A stretch of DNA of 64,000 bases, taken from NCBI GenBank assembly GCA_030650275.1, contig JAUSEK010000012.1, positions 472-64,471 of the forward strand, given 5' to 3'. Below, piece after piece: positions 39,421-49,680 of this stretch; the stretch's first letter is position 1; each line of letters begins with the position of its first letter. The position numbers and the translations under genes were made by a program. Under the pieces are notes generated by a model that saw only the letters and a program-made list of their open reading frames with translations, was not told the DNA's origin and made no database searches. The DNA is from Candidatus Omnitrophota bacterium. GTDB lineage: Bacteria; Omnitrophota; Gorgyraeia; Zapsychrales; Fredricksoniimonadaceae.

Positions 39421-39929
39421 GATTTTTTCATTATAGCATGCAGCGCCCTGGCGCCGGCGTCAATGATAAAAAAAGCATTGTGGGCCTTGGCGATGTGATA
39501 CCTGCCCCCGTCGAAACGGATGTCCCCTGATGCCAAAAGCCGTTTGAGCCGCAGATCCAAAATGGCCTTGCTGTCGTATGTCCGGCTGATCTCGGCCATG
39601 GTTTTGCCTTGCGGCGCCTCCAATTCGCTGATCAGGCGCAGGCGTATGGACGTGGCGTAAGGGCCGAAAATACAAAGCACATAAACAAAACCTGCCAGAC
39701 CGTACACGCACAAAGAAAAAATAAAAACCAGGAATTTATCCGTCACACTCAACCCGGGCAAAAATGAAACAGCCGCCGTCAGGACCAAAATCCCGAAATA
39801 AAAGAGCTTTTGAACAGCATCCAAAATGCCCGCAGCCGGCATACAGCGCAGGACCATGACGTGCGCCAGGACAAAAACAATGAACGCGCCCATGCCGCAC
39901 GCGACGATGATCTGATCCAAACCGGACAT
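39417..39929 (-). CDS. hypothetical membrane protein (paralog of next gene)
   Basis: 170-aa ORF with an N-terminal TM bundle and a soluble C-terminus that aligns with the product of 39931-40419. Confidence 0.5.
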   Translation of the reverse strand: MSGLDQIIVACGMGAFIVFVLAHVMVLRCMPAAGILDAVQKLFYFGILVLTAAVSFLPGLSVTDKFLVFIFSLCVYGLAGFVYVLCIFGPYATSIRLRLISELEAPQGKTMAEISRTYDSKAILDLRLKRLLASGDIRFDGGRYHIAKAHNAFFIIDAGARALHAIMKKS

Positions 39930-39930
39930 G

Positions 39931-40419
39931 CTATCCCCCGGGGCCCTGCCCCAAAACCTTCTGATATATTTTTAAGACCCGCGCGATGTTCCGGCCCGAC
40001 GGGGTCAGGACGAATTTTTCTCCCGAACGCCCGACACAGCCGCTGTCCTGTAACTCACCCAAACGCAAAGAAATAAAATTCTCCCTCTCCAGCGCCTGCA
40101 GGATCATTTCATACGTCGCCCCCCGGTCTTCCTGGACAACGCGAAGGATATTTTTTGACGGGCTCATCAGCAGGGTGCTCACGTAAAATATCAAATACAC
40201 GGGGATCGCCAGAACATATAAAAAGACGGCTGTGAACGGCAGTCCCCTATCGGAAGGCGTCAGGAATAAAAAGCAAATGATCATAATGGTCCCGTTGGCC
40301 AAAGCGGTCAGGATAAAGGCCTTGGCCTGCAGGCCGGCCAAAGATGCTTTCCGGCAATAGCCAATATGAATGACGACGGACAAAACAAGAAAAATGAAAA
40401 CGATCATGAGATGGTTCAT
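39931..40419 (-). CDS. hypothetical membrane protein (paralog of previous gene)
   Basis: 162-aa ORF with the same TM + C-domain layout. Coupled to the GT2 gene. Confidence 0.5.
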   Translation of the reverse strand: MNHLMIVFIFLVLSVVIHIGYCRKASLAGLQAKAFILTALANGTIMIICFLFLTPSDRGLPFTAVFLYVLAIPVYLIFYVSTLLMSPSKNILRVVQEDRGATYEMILQALERENFISLRLGELQDSGCVGRSGEKFVLTPSGRNIARVLKIYQKVLGQGPGG

Positions 40420-41123
40420 GCGGAGTCCCGGGGCGGGAAATAAATATCTTTGATCAGGATACCGATGGTTTTAGCCACGGCCCTGATGCTCTTGAAACGA
40501 AAGGCCTTGGACTGCTCATGCCGGCGTCCGGCATGTTCAAAATAAACCGTCCGGTAGGGGGTCCCTTTCTTCAAAAGCCGCACCAGGCATTCGGCCAGAG
40601 CCGCCAGGCCGGTGGACTTGATGGGGATGGACCGCAGCAACTGTGTCTTGCAGATGAACGCGCCGTTGTAATACTGCAAACGCAGGCCAAAAAGCATGTT
40701 CATCATCCCGACGAACGATCGTGACACCGCCCGGCGGAACAGAGAACGGTGCTTGGTCTTTTGCATATACGAAATGACCAGGTCCGAGGACCCGCGGGAA
40801 GCGATCAGGTCCTTGAGAGAACTCATGGCCATGTCATTGTCGCCCGGAAAAACAGTCACATAGTCCTTGGACGCCATCTTGACCCCGCGGGCGAACGAAT
40901 AACCGAACCCCTCATTGGTCGCGTTGAGGGCCACCCGTATGCCGGGATTGCTTTCAGCCCTCAAACGCGCGAACTCTCCGGTCCGGTCCGGACTGCCGTC
41001 GTCCACGACGATGATCTCATAATCCGTGCCCGCGCCCTGGGCCGCGGCCACCGCGCTGTCAATGGCGGCTTCAATATTGCCTTCCTCTTTGTAAGCGGGA
41101 ATGATGATGGTCACACTGCTCAT
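40416..41123 (-). CDS. family-2 glycosyltransferase (polyprenyl-phosphate sugar synthase-like)
   Basis: 235-aa ORF with IIIPAYKEEGNI...VVDDGSPD GT-A motifs and a DxD motif. Confidence 0.8.
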   Translation of the reverse strand: MSSVTIIIPAYKEEGNIEAAIDSAVAAAQGAGTDYEIIVVDDGSPDRTGEFARLRAESNPGIRVALNATNEGFGYSFARGVKMASKDYVTVFPGDNDMAMSSLKDLIASRGSSDLVISYMQKTKHRSLFRRAVSRSFVGMMNMLFGLRLQYYNGAFICKTQLLRSIPIKSTGLAALAECLVRLLKKGTPYRTVYFEHAGRRHEQSKAFRFKSIRAVAKTIGILIKDIYFPPRDSA

Positions 41124-41147
41124 ATATCCTGATTCATTAGATCTGTT

Positions 41148-42902
41148 TCAGCTATTGGATACCGTCATGATTTTTGCTATTTCATCGAAAGGCAATTTAG
41201 GGTTCAGGTCCTCAAGACCGGAACCGAATTTGAGCATGGGCTCAATGGTCTGGTCAGGGTCTATCATCACGTCGCACACCACAGGCCCCTGAACGGCGAG
41301 CACCCGGGCCATGGTTTTGTCCAACTCGCCGTGATCACGGATACGGAAAGCCGGCAAGCCGAAGGCCTCGGCGGTCTTGACGAAATCCGGGAAACTCAAA
41401 CCTGTGGCTTCATTGACCGCGGCATAATTGGAATTCAGCCACGTATCAATGGTCTGTTTTTGGATGGCGTGGCCTCCGTTATTGAAAATGAACACTTTAA
41501 CGTTCAAGCGATACCGCCGGATGGTGGCCAATTCCTCGATGTTCATCATCAATCCCCCGTCGCCGGTGAGGCATAAAATCCGGCCGGGGCAGGCGAACGC
41601 GGCCCCGATGCTCGCCGACAATGCGTAACCCATCGGCGTATGGTTCCACGCGGAGAACATACGCTGGCCCTGCTTCATCTCAATAGCCTGCAGGGTCCAG
41701 GAAATATTGGCCCCGGTATCGGTGATGAACACGTCATTGTCAAGCGCGGCCTTGGAAACGGCCTTCACAAAAACATGGCCGTCAACATGCTTTGTCCGTT
41801 CATATTTATCAACCGGACAAACCGGATATTTTTTTGCCCACGCCTTGATCTGCTCCCTCCATTCTTTAAAGTGGTCCCGGTCAGGAGCGTGGACGCGCAT
41901 ATGCTCAAAGAAATGGTTAAGGTCTGCCTCAACATCCATATCCAGAGAAAAATCATTCTTGGTAAATTTGTTCAACTCGTTGGGATCAATATCCACCATG
42001 ACTTTCTTGGCCCTGGGCGCGAATAAAGTCGTTTTACCGCCGGTGATCATTTGCGACAAACGGGTGCCGACGGCAATGATCAAGTCCGCGTTCTGCGCCG
42101 CAAAATTGCCGGCCCTTGGGCCCACAACACCCAAACCCCCCATGTTCAAAGGATCGTCAAACGCCATCAGGTCTTTGCCGCCCCAGGTCAAAAGCACAGG
42201 GATATGGGAACGCCGCGCGAAGTCCAAAGCCGCGTCCATGGCACCGGCGATGCGGATGCCTGCCCCGTAAATGAGAACAGGCCGTTTGGCAGACGTGATC
42301 CAGGATGATAATGTTCCCGTCTGCTTCTTGATGTCCTTGGGTTGCGTCCCTACGGGGATGAACGTCTTCAAACGGCTGACGTCAATGTCCATCCTCTGCA
42401 GATCGTCGGGAATGTCCAGGGCCACGGGCCCCGGCCTGCCTTCTTTGGCGAGATAAACGGCTTTTTGCAATTCATATTGAATGTCATACGGGTCCATGAC
42501 ACGCGCAACGTATTTGGTGATGGACTTGAACAAAGAAACAATGTCCGTTTCCTGAAACCCTTTCTGGCGTAAATTTTCGTTGGGCCGCAGGCGCGGGGTC
42601 GTGACCTGCCCGCAGATGAACAAGACGGGGATAGAATCAAAATACGCGTTGCAGATGCTGGTGGTGAGATTGGTGGCGCCGGGGCCCGAGGTGACCATGG
42701 CTGTGCCCAAAGCAGGGCCTATGCGCGAATACGCGTCCGCGGCAGCACCGGCGGCCTGTTCATGGGCCACGCAAACATAGGACATCTCGGGATGGCGCGC
42801 CACGGAATCAACAGAATGGATGATGGCCCCACCCGAGACCACGAACACGTGTTTGATCCCCTGCCCGTATAAGAACTGCGCGATGAAATCCGATAATTTC
42901 AT
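41148..42902 (-). CDS. thiamine-pyrophosphate-dependent enzyme (acetolactate synthase large-subunit family)
   Basis: TPP N-terminal, central and C-terminal domains with GDGG and Mg-binding motifs. Probable start MKLSDF (42902); the ORF track extends to 42941. Confidence 0.8.
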   Translation of the reverse strand: MKLSDFIAQFLYGQGIKHVFVVSGGAIIHSVDSVARHPEMSYVCVAHEQAAGAAADAYSRIGPALGTAMVTSGPGATNLTTSICNAYFDSIPVLFICGQVTTPRLRPNENLRQKGFQETDIVSLFKSITKYVARVMDPYDIQYELQKAVYLAKEGRPGPVALDIPDDLQRMDIDVSRLKTFIPVGTQPKDIKKQTGTLSSWITSAKRPVLIYGAGIRIAGAMDAALDFARRSHIPVLLTWGGKDLMAFDDPLNMGGLGVVGPRAGNFAAQNADLIIAVGTRLSQMITGGKTTLFAPRAKKVMVDIDPNELNKFTKNDFSLDMDVEADLNHFFEHMRVHAPDRDHFKEWREQIKAWAKKYPVCPVDKYERTKHVDGHVFVKAVSKAALDNDVFITDTGANISWTLQAIEMKQGQRMFSAWNHTPMGYALSASIGAAFACPGRILCLTGDGGLMMNIEELATIRRYRLNVKVFIFNNGGHAIQKQTIDTWLNSNYAAVNEATGLSFPDFVKTAEAFGLPAFRIRDHGELDKTMARVLAVQGPVVCDVMIDPDQTIEPMLKFGSGLEDLNPKLPFDEIAKIMTVSNS

Positions 42903-43603
42903 TATTTTGATCCAACGCCCATGCCAAAAATATAATGGCACATCGCCGGGTATCCGGTATGCAGGACCTCATCGTTCATGCCGAACATAAAAACACGCTT
43001 GAAATATTTTTCCATCAATGTCCTGAGCGATCCCTGGCTGTGCAAATTGATGTGCTGAACGCGGCTGCGCTGGGAAGCGTATTCATTGGCCGTGACATTG
43101 GGCGTGCCGATGATACAGACCCCGTCTTTTTTAAGGATGCCCGCCTGACCGGCGACAAAAGGACCGTTCAAGTGACGATCCAGATGCTCGATCACATCGA
43201 TGGAGTATGCCCCGCAAAAAGAGGCCCTGGGCAATTTGAGGTCCTGGATGGTGCCTTGACGAAAATCGATGTTCTTGATCTTGGCCAGACGTTTTTTATT
43301 GCCGGCAATGTGCCTGGCATCCGGCTCTATGGCCGTAACTTTTTTGACATGCTGGGCAACGATGGGCGTCCCGAAGGCGTCCCCACAGCCAACCTCGATC
43401 ACACGGTCCATCCCATCCAGCATTTTGGCGCAAAATTTGTAACGGGCCAGCACGAATCCCATGTGCTTGGGGTCGTTCAATAAACTGTAGGACGTCCACG
43501 GGCCTAATGCAACGGGATCAATGAATTGATGGTCCGTGCCTATCCGATACGCCTGCTGTTGTGTCAATTTCTTAACCATAACGCCTTTCCATTGACTAGC
43601 CAA
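42902..43603 (-). CDS. class I SAM-dependent methyltransferase
   Basis: 233-aa ORF with a VIEVGCGDAFGT motif I and the methyltransferase fold pattern. Confidence 0.75.
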   Translation of the reverse strand: MASQWKGVMVKKLTQQQAYRIGTDHQFIDPVALGPWTSYSLLNDPKHMGFVLARYKFCAKMLDGMDRVIEVGCGDAFGTPIVAQHVKKVTAIEPDARHIAGNKKRLAKIKNIDFRQGTIQDLKLPRASFCGAYSIDVIEHLDRHLNGPFVAGQAGILKKDGVCIIGTPNVTANEYASQRSRVQHINLHSQGSLRTLMEKYFKRVFMFGMNDEVLHTGYPAMCHYIFGMGVGSK

Positions 43604-44408
43604 AACTGTTTTTATTACGTCTTAACTTATACATATCCGGATCGGTTTTGAGCGCTTTCTTTAATTTCTCTCTCTTGCCCTCACGCCACGGGTCGTAAAC
43701 CACGGAAAAATTACGGCCGCCGGCGACGGGCTTGCCCTGTTCGCACAGCCAGTCAACGCATTCATAAATGTCATCCAGAGATGTCCCGTTCTTGTTCTTC
43801 AAAAAATCCCGCGTTTCCAGGACCTTGGCTTTGGCGGTGCGCTTGTCGGATAAGATGGTCTTGTGGATCTTTGTCCTTGTCCACCCCGGACCGATGATGA
43901 ACACGTTAAGGTCTTTGTTCTCCGCATCCAGGAATTCACACATTTTAGCCAGCATGATCTTGGAGATCGTATAGGCCGAAAAATTAACAACACTCCCGTT
44001 CATGCCGCCGCCGGCAAAAAAAATCACGTCCGCTTTCCTGCGGTTGCGATAAGGGTGCAGCATGTGCAAGGCGCGTAACTGTTCAATGGCATTAACGCCA
44101 ACGGAACCCTTCCACTCGTCAAAATCACAATCAAAGAACGGTATCACCGGCAAAGGATAGCCGACGCAGGATATCAAAATATCCCACTTCAACTTCTTGC
44201 TCCTGATCTGCCTGACAAAACGATCCAGATCCGCGCGCTTGCCAAGGTCGCATTTGAACAAAAGGCAATCAGGCAAACCTTGGAGGTCCTGGACGTGAAT
44301 TTTGGTCCGATAAGTACCAACGACCGTAAAACCACGACGCAAATATTTCCTGGCCAAATGCGCGCCGATATCACTGCTAATAGATAAAATAACAACGATT
44401 TTCTTCAT
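43596..44408 (-). CDS. SDR-family NAD(P)-dependent oxidoreductase
   Basis: Rossmann-like N-terminus and a YTISK (YxxxK) motif. Probable start MKKIVVIL; the ORF track extends to 44438. Confidence 0.65.
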   Translation of the reverse strand: MKKIVVILSISSDIGAHLARKYLRRGFTVVGTYRTKIHVQDLQGLPDCLLFKCDLGKRADLDRFVRQIRSKKLKWDILISCVGYPLPVIPFFDCDFDEWKGSVGVNAIEQLRALHMLHPYRNRRKADVIFFAGGGMNGSVVNFSAYTISKIMLAKMCEFLDAENKDLNVFIIGPGWTRTKIHKTILSDKRTAKAKVLETRDFLKNKNGTSLDDIYECVDWLCEQGKPVAGGRNFSVVYDPWREGKREKLKKALKTDPDMYKLRRNKNSFG

Positions 44409-44434
44409 ACGTGTGTCCGCATAATTCCCGGTAT

Positions 44435-45358
44435 TCATTTTTTGAGGCCCGCGGGGAACAGCAAAGAAGTTATGATGGAAATAAAAATAGTGACCGCGAT
44501 AAAACCAAGGGCCAGGACGATGGGGATCTCCACAAAATGTCCGATCAGCATTTTGATGCCGACAAAGATCAGGATCACGCCCAGACCGTAATGCAAATGA
44601 TGAAAGAGCCCCATGACCCCGGCGAGCGCGAAATACATGGCCCTTAAGCCCAGAATGGCAAAGATATTGGACGAATACGCGATGAACGGGTCCTTGGTGA
44701 CCGCCAGAATGGCCGGGATGGAATCAATGGCAAAAATAATGTCCGCGGTCTCGATGGCGATCAGGACAACCAGCAAAGGTGTCGCATGCCAGACGCCGTT
44801 GATCACTGTCCCGAAGGCCCCGCCGATATAACCCTTTGTCACCGGGAAAAAACGGCGGAACAGGCGCAGGACAAAACTCTTTTCGGGGTCCACCTCTTTT
44901 TCTTTTTCAAAAAACAATTTAAATCCGGAAAAAGCCAGAAAACCGCCAAAGACATACATCAGCCAGTGGAATTGTTTTAAAAGCGCGATACCGGCAAGAA
45001 TAAAAACAGCGCGCATGACCTGCGCCCCGATGATCCCCCACAGAAGCACCCGGTGCTGATAGGCCGGCGGCACTTTAAAATAGGAAAAAATGAGCAGAAA
45101 AACGAACAGATTATCAACGCTTAAGGACTGTTCGATCACATACCCGGTCAAAAATTCCAACGCCCTTTGGGAGCCCAGCCAGAAATAAATGCCGATGTTA
45201 AAAAAAACGGCCAGCAGGACCCAGACCCCGGTCAAGGCCATGGCCTTGCGGATCTTGATCTCCCTGTCCCGTGGACTTAGAACGCAGGCATCGAAGACCA
45301 GCAAAAGGACCACAAAAACGTTAAAAACAACCCAAAGCACGGGCGACGATGTTGTCAT
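44435..45358 (-). CDS. TerC-family integral membrane protein
   Basis: 307-aa polytopic ORF with TerC-like repeated helices and a conserved acidic pattern. Confidence 0.75.
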   Translation of the reverse strand: MTTSSPVLWVVFNVFVVLLLVFDACVLSPRDREIKIRKAMALTGVWVLLAVFFNIGIYFWLGSQRALEFLTGYVIEQSLSVDNLFVFLLIFSYFKVPPAYQHRVLLWGIIGAQVMRAVFILAGIALLKQFHWLMYVFGGFLAFSGFKLFFEKEKEVDPEKSFVLRLFRRFFPVTKGYIGGAFGTVINGVWHATPLLVVLIAIETADIIFAIDSIPAILAVTKDPFIAYSSNIFAILGLRAMYFALAGVMGLFHHLHYGLGVILIFVGIKMLIGHFVEIPIVLALGFIAVTIFISIITSLLFPAGLKK

Positions 45359-45825
45359 GTTTTACCCCGGTCAAAGTTACCGCTTTTACCGCCGCTTTTA
45401 TGCATCAAACGGATCCCGGAAATGACCATGTCCTGCCCCGCCCATTTCATCATGTCATAAATGGTCAGGCAGGCAACGGACACCGCAGCCAGAGCTTCCA
45501 TTTCAACCCCGGTTTTTCCCGAACACAAAACCTCGGCTGTCACAAGGACCGCGTGTTTGCTCTTTTGAGGCAGACATTCGACTTTGATTTTTTCCAGGAC
45601 CAGCGGATGGCACAAAGGAATGAGGGCCGGTGTGGATTTCGCGGCCATGATGCCGGCGATCCTTGCTGTCTCTAAAACATCGCCTTTGGGCGACCGGCCG
45701 GTGATCAGGGCCTTGAACGCGGCGGGTGATAAAGTTATAACGCCTTGTGCCACAGCCCGGCGGACCGTAACATCTTTGGAACTGATGTCCACCATTCCCG
45801 CGCGCGATCTTTTATTCAAAGGCAT
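45355..45825 (-). CDS. moaC: cyclic pyranopterin monophosphate synthase accessory protein MoaC
   Basis: 156-aa ORF; the MVDISSKDVTVRRAVA...LIPLCHPL motif is a MoaC signature. Confidence 0.85.
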   Translation of the reverse strand: MPLNKRSRAGMVDISSKDVTVRRAVAQGVITLSPAAFKALITGRSPKGDVLETARIAGIMAAKSTPALIPLCHPLVLEKIKVECLPQKSKHAVLVTAEVLCSGKTGVEMEALAAVSVACLTIYDMMKWAGQDMVISGIRLMHKSGGKSGNFDRGKT

Positions 45826-46162
45826 TTTTTTTCCGCTGTTGTTTTTTTTGCGCGTGCTTCTTTTTTTCTTCCAGCATGCGCTCCTTGGCCGCCCGCGAAC
45901 GCTGACGGTCCTGACGGCGTTTTTTCGCCCGGGCCTGCCTTAACTGCTGATATTCCTGCTCAAATTTTTTTTCAACGGCACGCGCCAGCAAGCCCCAGGC
46001 CTCCTGCCGGTTGAGATGCTGGAAACGGTATTTCTGGCATTTGACCCTGATCCCCGTCGGCCGGTGCCATAACTGCACACAGGTGGCGACCTTGTTGACG
46101 TTCTGCCCGCCGGGCCCGGAAGAACGGACAAACGTTTCAACAACATCTTCCTTGCGGACCAT
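45812..46162 (-). CDS. arfB: peptidyl-tRNA hydrolase ArfB-like (GGQ release-factor domain with basic tail)
   Basis: 116-aa ORF with SSGPGGQNVNKV and a highly basic C-terminal tail. Confidence 0.7.
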   Translation of the reverse strand: MVRKEDVVETFVRSSGPGGQNVNKVATCVQLWHRPTGIRVKCQKYRFQHLNRQEAWGLLARAVEKKFEQEYQQLRQARAKKRRQDRQRSRAAKERMLEEKKKHAQKKQQRKKNAFE

Positions 46163-46170
46163 GTTCCCTC

Positions 46171-47805
46171 TTAACGCGTGAATTTGATCAGGGACGGGGC
46201 ATAATCTCCGGGGGCCTCATACCCCAGTAAATTCAATAAGGTGGCGGCGACATTGGCCAATCCCTGTTGAGATAATTGCGCCATTTCATATTCGCCGTTA
46301 TATTGGGCATCCACGATGGCGCATGGCACGGGGTTGAGCGAATGCGCTGTGCTCACCTGTTTTTTGCCGTCCTTGACAATGAACATCTCATCCGCGTTGC
46401 CGTGGTCCGCCAAAACCACGGCAATACCGTTCAATTCCTTAATAACAGCCAAAAGTTCGGCCAACCCCTGGTCCACCGCCTCAACGGCGATGATGATGGC
46501 CTGGGGCACACCCGTATGGCCGACCATGTCGCCGTTTGGAAAATTGATGCGGCCGAACCTGTATTGACCGGACCGGAGCAATTCAATGGTCTTTTCAGTG
46601 ATCTGGGCCGCTTTCATCTTCGGCGCCTGGTCAAAACGGACCTTGTCCGAAAGGATCTCAACGTAGGTTTCAAGCTTGTTATCCACATAACCGCTTTTAT
46701 TGCCGTTCCAGAAATAGGTCACGTGGCCGTATTTTTGCGTTTCGGAAAGGGCGAATGAGGTGATGCCGTTGGCGCACATATAAACGCCGACGGGGCCTTC
46801 GATCTGCGGCGGATCAACGAGAAAATTCTTCGGGATATGCAGGTCCCCATCATATTGCATCATGCCGGCAAAAAGCACGTCCGGCACGCGCACACGGTCA
46901 AACTTATTGAAATCCTTTTGCTCGAACGCCATGGACAGTTCAATGGCCCTGTCCCCGCGGAAGTTAAAAAATACGACCGAATCGCCGTCCTCAATGGTCC
47001 CGACCGGAGAGCCGTCGTCCTCAATGACGAAAGGATCCAGATACTGGTCGGTGATGGCCGGGTCTTCGTTATAGCAGGTCTGCACGGCCTCGGCCGCGGA
47101 AGCGAAACGCCGGCCTTTGCCCAACACATGCGCTTTCCAGCCGCGCTCAACGATCGCCCAATCGGCATTGTAGCGGTCCATGGTGGTGACCATGCGCCCC
47201 CCGCCGGAAGCGATGCGATAATCATAGCCCTTGGAAGTATTATTGACCTCTTTGAGAACGGCCTCGGCCTTTTCAATATAGGTCAAAGCGCTTTTCTCAT
47301 AAACATCGCGCCCGTCTAAAAGCGCGTGGATCCGCAGGCGTTTGACGCCGTCCTGGGCACAGCGGCGGACCATGGCCAACAACTGGTCAATATGCGCGTG
47401 CACGTTGCCGTCGGACAAAAGCCCTATCAAATGGAATATCTTGTTCTCGCCCTTGACCCGTTCAACCAGGTCTTTCCACAATTTGGTCTGGAAAACAGCG
47501 CCGCTGTCAATGGACTTTTGGACGAGTTTGGCGCCCTGGTCAAAAACGCGGCCAGCGCCCAGGGCATTATGCCCCACCTCGCTGTTGCCCATATCGTCAT
47601 CGGAAGGCATGCCGACGGCAGTGCCGTGGGCTTTCAATTGCGTGTACAATTTGGACTGCATCAGTTCATCCAAACACGGCGTTTTTGCCAAAAAAACACC
47701 ATCGCTGTCGTCGTGTTTACCGATGCCGATCCCGTCCATGATGACCAGCAGCAAAGGCCCCGGGCGTCCGGAAAAGCCAGACAATTTTTTTAATTCATAA
47801 GACAT
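46171..47805 (-). CDS. gpmI: 2,3-bisphosphoglycerate-independent phosphoglycerate mutase
   Basis: iPGM N-terminal LLVIMDGIG motif and full-length similarity. Probable start MSYELKK; the ORF track extends to 47877. Confidence 0.85.
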   Translation of the reverse strand: MSYELKKLSGFSGRPGPLLLVIMDGIGIGKHDDSDGVFLAKTPCLDELMQSKLYTQLKAHGTAVGMPSDDDMGNSEVGHNALGAGRVFDQGAKLVQKSIDSGAVFQTKLWKDLVERVKGENKIFHLIGLLSDGNVHAHIDQLLAMVRRCAQDGVKRLRIHALLDGRDVYEKSALTYIEKAEAVLKEVNNTSKGYDYRIASGGGRMVTTMDRYNADWAIVERGWKAHVLGKGRRFASAAEAVQTCYNEDPAITDQYLDPFVIEDDGSPVGTIEDGDSVVFFNFRGDRAIELSMAFEQKDFNKFDRVRVPDVLFAGMMQYDGDLHIPKNFLVDPPQIEGPVGVYMCANGITSFALSETQKYGHVTYFWNGNKSGYVDNKLETYVEILSDKVRFDQAPKMKAAQITEKTIELLRSGQYRFGRINFPNGDMVGHTGVPQAIIIAVEAVDQGLAELLAVIKELNGIAVVLADHGNADEMFIVKDGKKQVSTAHSLNPVPCAIVDAQYNGEYEMAQLSQQGLANVAATLLNLLGYEAPGDYAPSLIKFTR

Positions 47806-47812
47806 AAAGGTT

Positions 47813-48028
47813 CTATTTCGATCTTTTCCCTGCGGTTTTTGGGTGGGACATGTGATACGCGACCCATGCCGCGGCATGGTTTTTCAGCCAGTCCTCCGCG
47901 GCGGCCTCAAAGCCGATGTCATAGCCGGCAATCTCGCTTTCCAGCCATTTGTGACGGCCGATCTCTTCGATCACCCTCTTGTTGCGCAAGAGCTTCTTCG
48001 GGTCAATGGGTAATTTATTTTTGAACAT
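47813..48028 (-). CDS. hypothetical small protein
   Basis: 71-aa ORF, basic N-terminus. No motif recognised. Confidence 0.4.
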   Translation of the reverse strand: MFKNKLPIDPKKLLRNKRVIEEIGRHKWLESEIAGYDIGFEAAAEDWLKNHAAAWVAYHMSHPKTAGKRSK

Positions 48029-48087
48029 TTCGTTGTTATTTTAACCGCTAACCCCTTTTTTTGCAAGGATTTAACTTCCCTCAAACA

Positions 48088-48125
48088 AAAAAATCCCATC
48101 AGGAATTTCTGAAGGGATCTTTATG
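48088..48125 (-). terminator. putative intrinsic terminator
   Basis: Imperfect hairpin ATCCCaTCAG-N6-CTGAaGGGAT preceded on the plus strand by A7, which is U7 after the hairpin on the minus strand. Confidence 0.45.
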
Positions 48126-48146
48126 CCGTCATTTTGACGTAAGGGC

Positions 48147-48461
48147 CTAATTGGAAAGGGTCTGCAAAACCAACTGTTCCGCGGCCAGCCAATCCTGGAA
48201 ATCATTGCCATTCTGACAGCCCCGCTGCATATAAAGCTCGTAGGCTTTCAGGCGGATGGCGTCCTGGATCTGATCGGGAGCCAATTGTGCGCCGGGGGTT
48301 GTTTTTTGCGTTTCAAATTCCTGTTTGGCAATGGCTTTGCTGACGGCCTTTCTGCTGCTTGTTTTTCTGCCAAGTCTCATACTGCACCTCCTTCCATCAA
48401 TGGTGATGGGGTCATTATTATCACCTCTGACAAAAACTGTCAATAGATTTTTAAGCCCCAA
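48147..48461 (-). CDS. hypothetical protein
   Basis: 104-aa ORF with no recognisable motif. Confidence 0.45.
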   Translation of the reverse strand: MGLKNLLTVFVRGDNNDPITIDGRRCSMRLGRKTSSRKAVSKAIAKQEFETQKTTPGAQLAPDQIQDAIRLKAYELYMQRGCQNGNDFQDWLAAEQLVLQTLSN

Positions 48462-48483
48462 AGCAGGAAAAGCAAATTAATAA

Positions 48484-49680
48484 ATGCAAAAAGAATTAAT
48501 TGCTATAGAATTATTTTGTATGTTATCCAAGATCAAACGCTCCGCCCCCATCCTTTTTATTAGCCTGCTCTTTGCGACCGCTTCTTTCTATTTACTCGTC
48601 TCTCTGCCTTTTCTAAACATCATCCATAGACAATCCTACGATGCCCTCTTTAAAATAGAATATAAGTTAAGGCCTCCTCCTTTAGCGATCAATGATATCC
48701 TACTTGTGGTCATTGACAACGCTACGCTCAAGAACATGCCCCAGCGCTGGCCATATTCACGTGCCACGTTCGCGACAGTCATCAAAAACCTTAAAAAGGC
48801 CGAAGCAAAGACCATTGCGTTTGATTTTGTGTTCTGGGGCAAAACAGATCCTCAAGAAGATGCCACCCTTATCCAGGCGGTGGATGAAGGAAAGGTCATT
48901 CTCCCCTGCCTGATCAATGAAGATGGAATGATAGAATTCTCTGACCTGCCGGGTCCAACCACGGCGTTTTATTCCGGTGTTGTCACAAAAATTCAAGATA
49001 GAAACGGCGTCATACGCAGGAACCTCACCTACATTGTGAATAAAAATGAACCGCTCAAGGGGATCCTTTCATGGGAGATGCAGATCCTTAAAGCCGTAAG
49101 ATCGATCGACCTCTCAACCTTAGTCAGCAACGGGGACATTGTTTCGTTTCAAAACGATGCCGGCGAAAAATGGATGATCCCCGTAGAGCCCTCTACAAAA
49201 GCTTTTCCCATTCATTTTCGCGCGCACGCGGCGGATTTTAACCGGATCTCTTTTATTAATGTGCTCAAGGGAAATTTTGATCCTGATAAAGTAAAGGGTA
49301 AAATTATTATCCTGGGAACTCTTTCTTCTTTGTTTGGCGATCTATACCCTACCCCCATTGGTTGGCTGCCCGGCATTGCGATCAATGCAAACGCCTTCTT
49401 GGATCTCTATACACATGATTTTCTGAAAAATATACCAGCACCCATAGAGCTTTGTGTTATACTTCTAACTGTAATTATTTCCGGGCTGTTGGTCGTGCTG
49501 TTCAAAACCAAAAAAGCGATTTTACTGATCTCCTTGGAAATATCTCTTATTTTAACAATGACTTACGCGCTGCTGATCCACGGTTACCTTTGGAACTATT
49601 TTCTTATTGCTGTTTTAACAATGGTCTGTCCGTTCGCGGCCAAGAAGGTTTGTCTGAACTGGAGGACATATGAACAATAA
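48484..49680 (+). CDS. CHASE2 sensor-domain membrane protein without an output domain
   Basis: 398-aa ORF with a periplasmic CHASE2-like region after an N-terminal TM helix and three C-terminal TM helices. Confidence 0.65.
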   Translation: MQKELIAIELFCMLSKIKRSAPILFISLLFATASFYLLVSLPFLNIIHRQSYDALFKIEYKLRPPPLAINDILLVVIDNATLKNMPQRWPYSRATFATVIKNLKKAEAKTIAFDFVFWGKTDPQEDATLIQAVDEGKVILPCLINEDGMIEFSDLPGPTTAFYSGVVTKIQDRNGVIRRNLTYIVNKNEPLKGILSWEMQILKAVRSIDLSTLVSNGDIVSFQNDAGEKWMIPVEPSTKAFPIHFRAHAADFNRISFINVLKGNFDPDKVKGKIIILGTLSSLFGDLYPTPIGWLPGIAINANAFLDLYTHDFLKNIPAPIELCVILLTVIISGLLVVLFKTKKAILLISLEISLILTMTYALLIHGYLWNYFLIAVLTMVCPFAAKKVCLNWRTYEQ

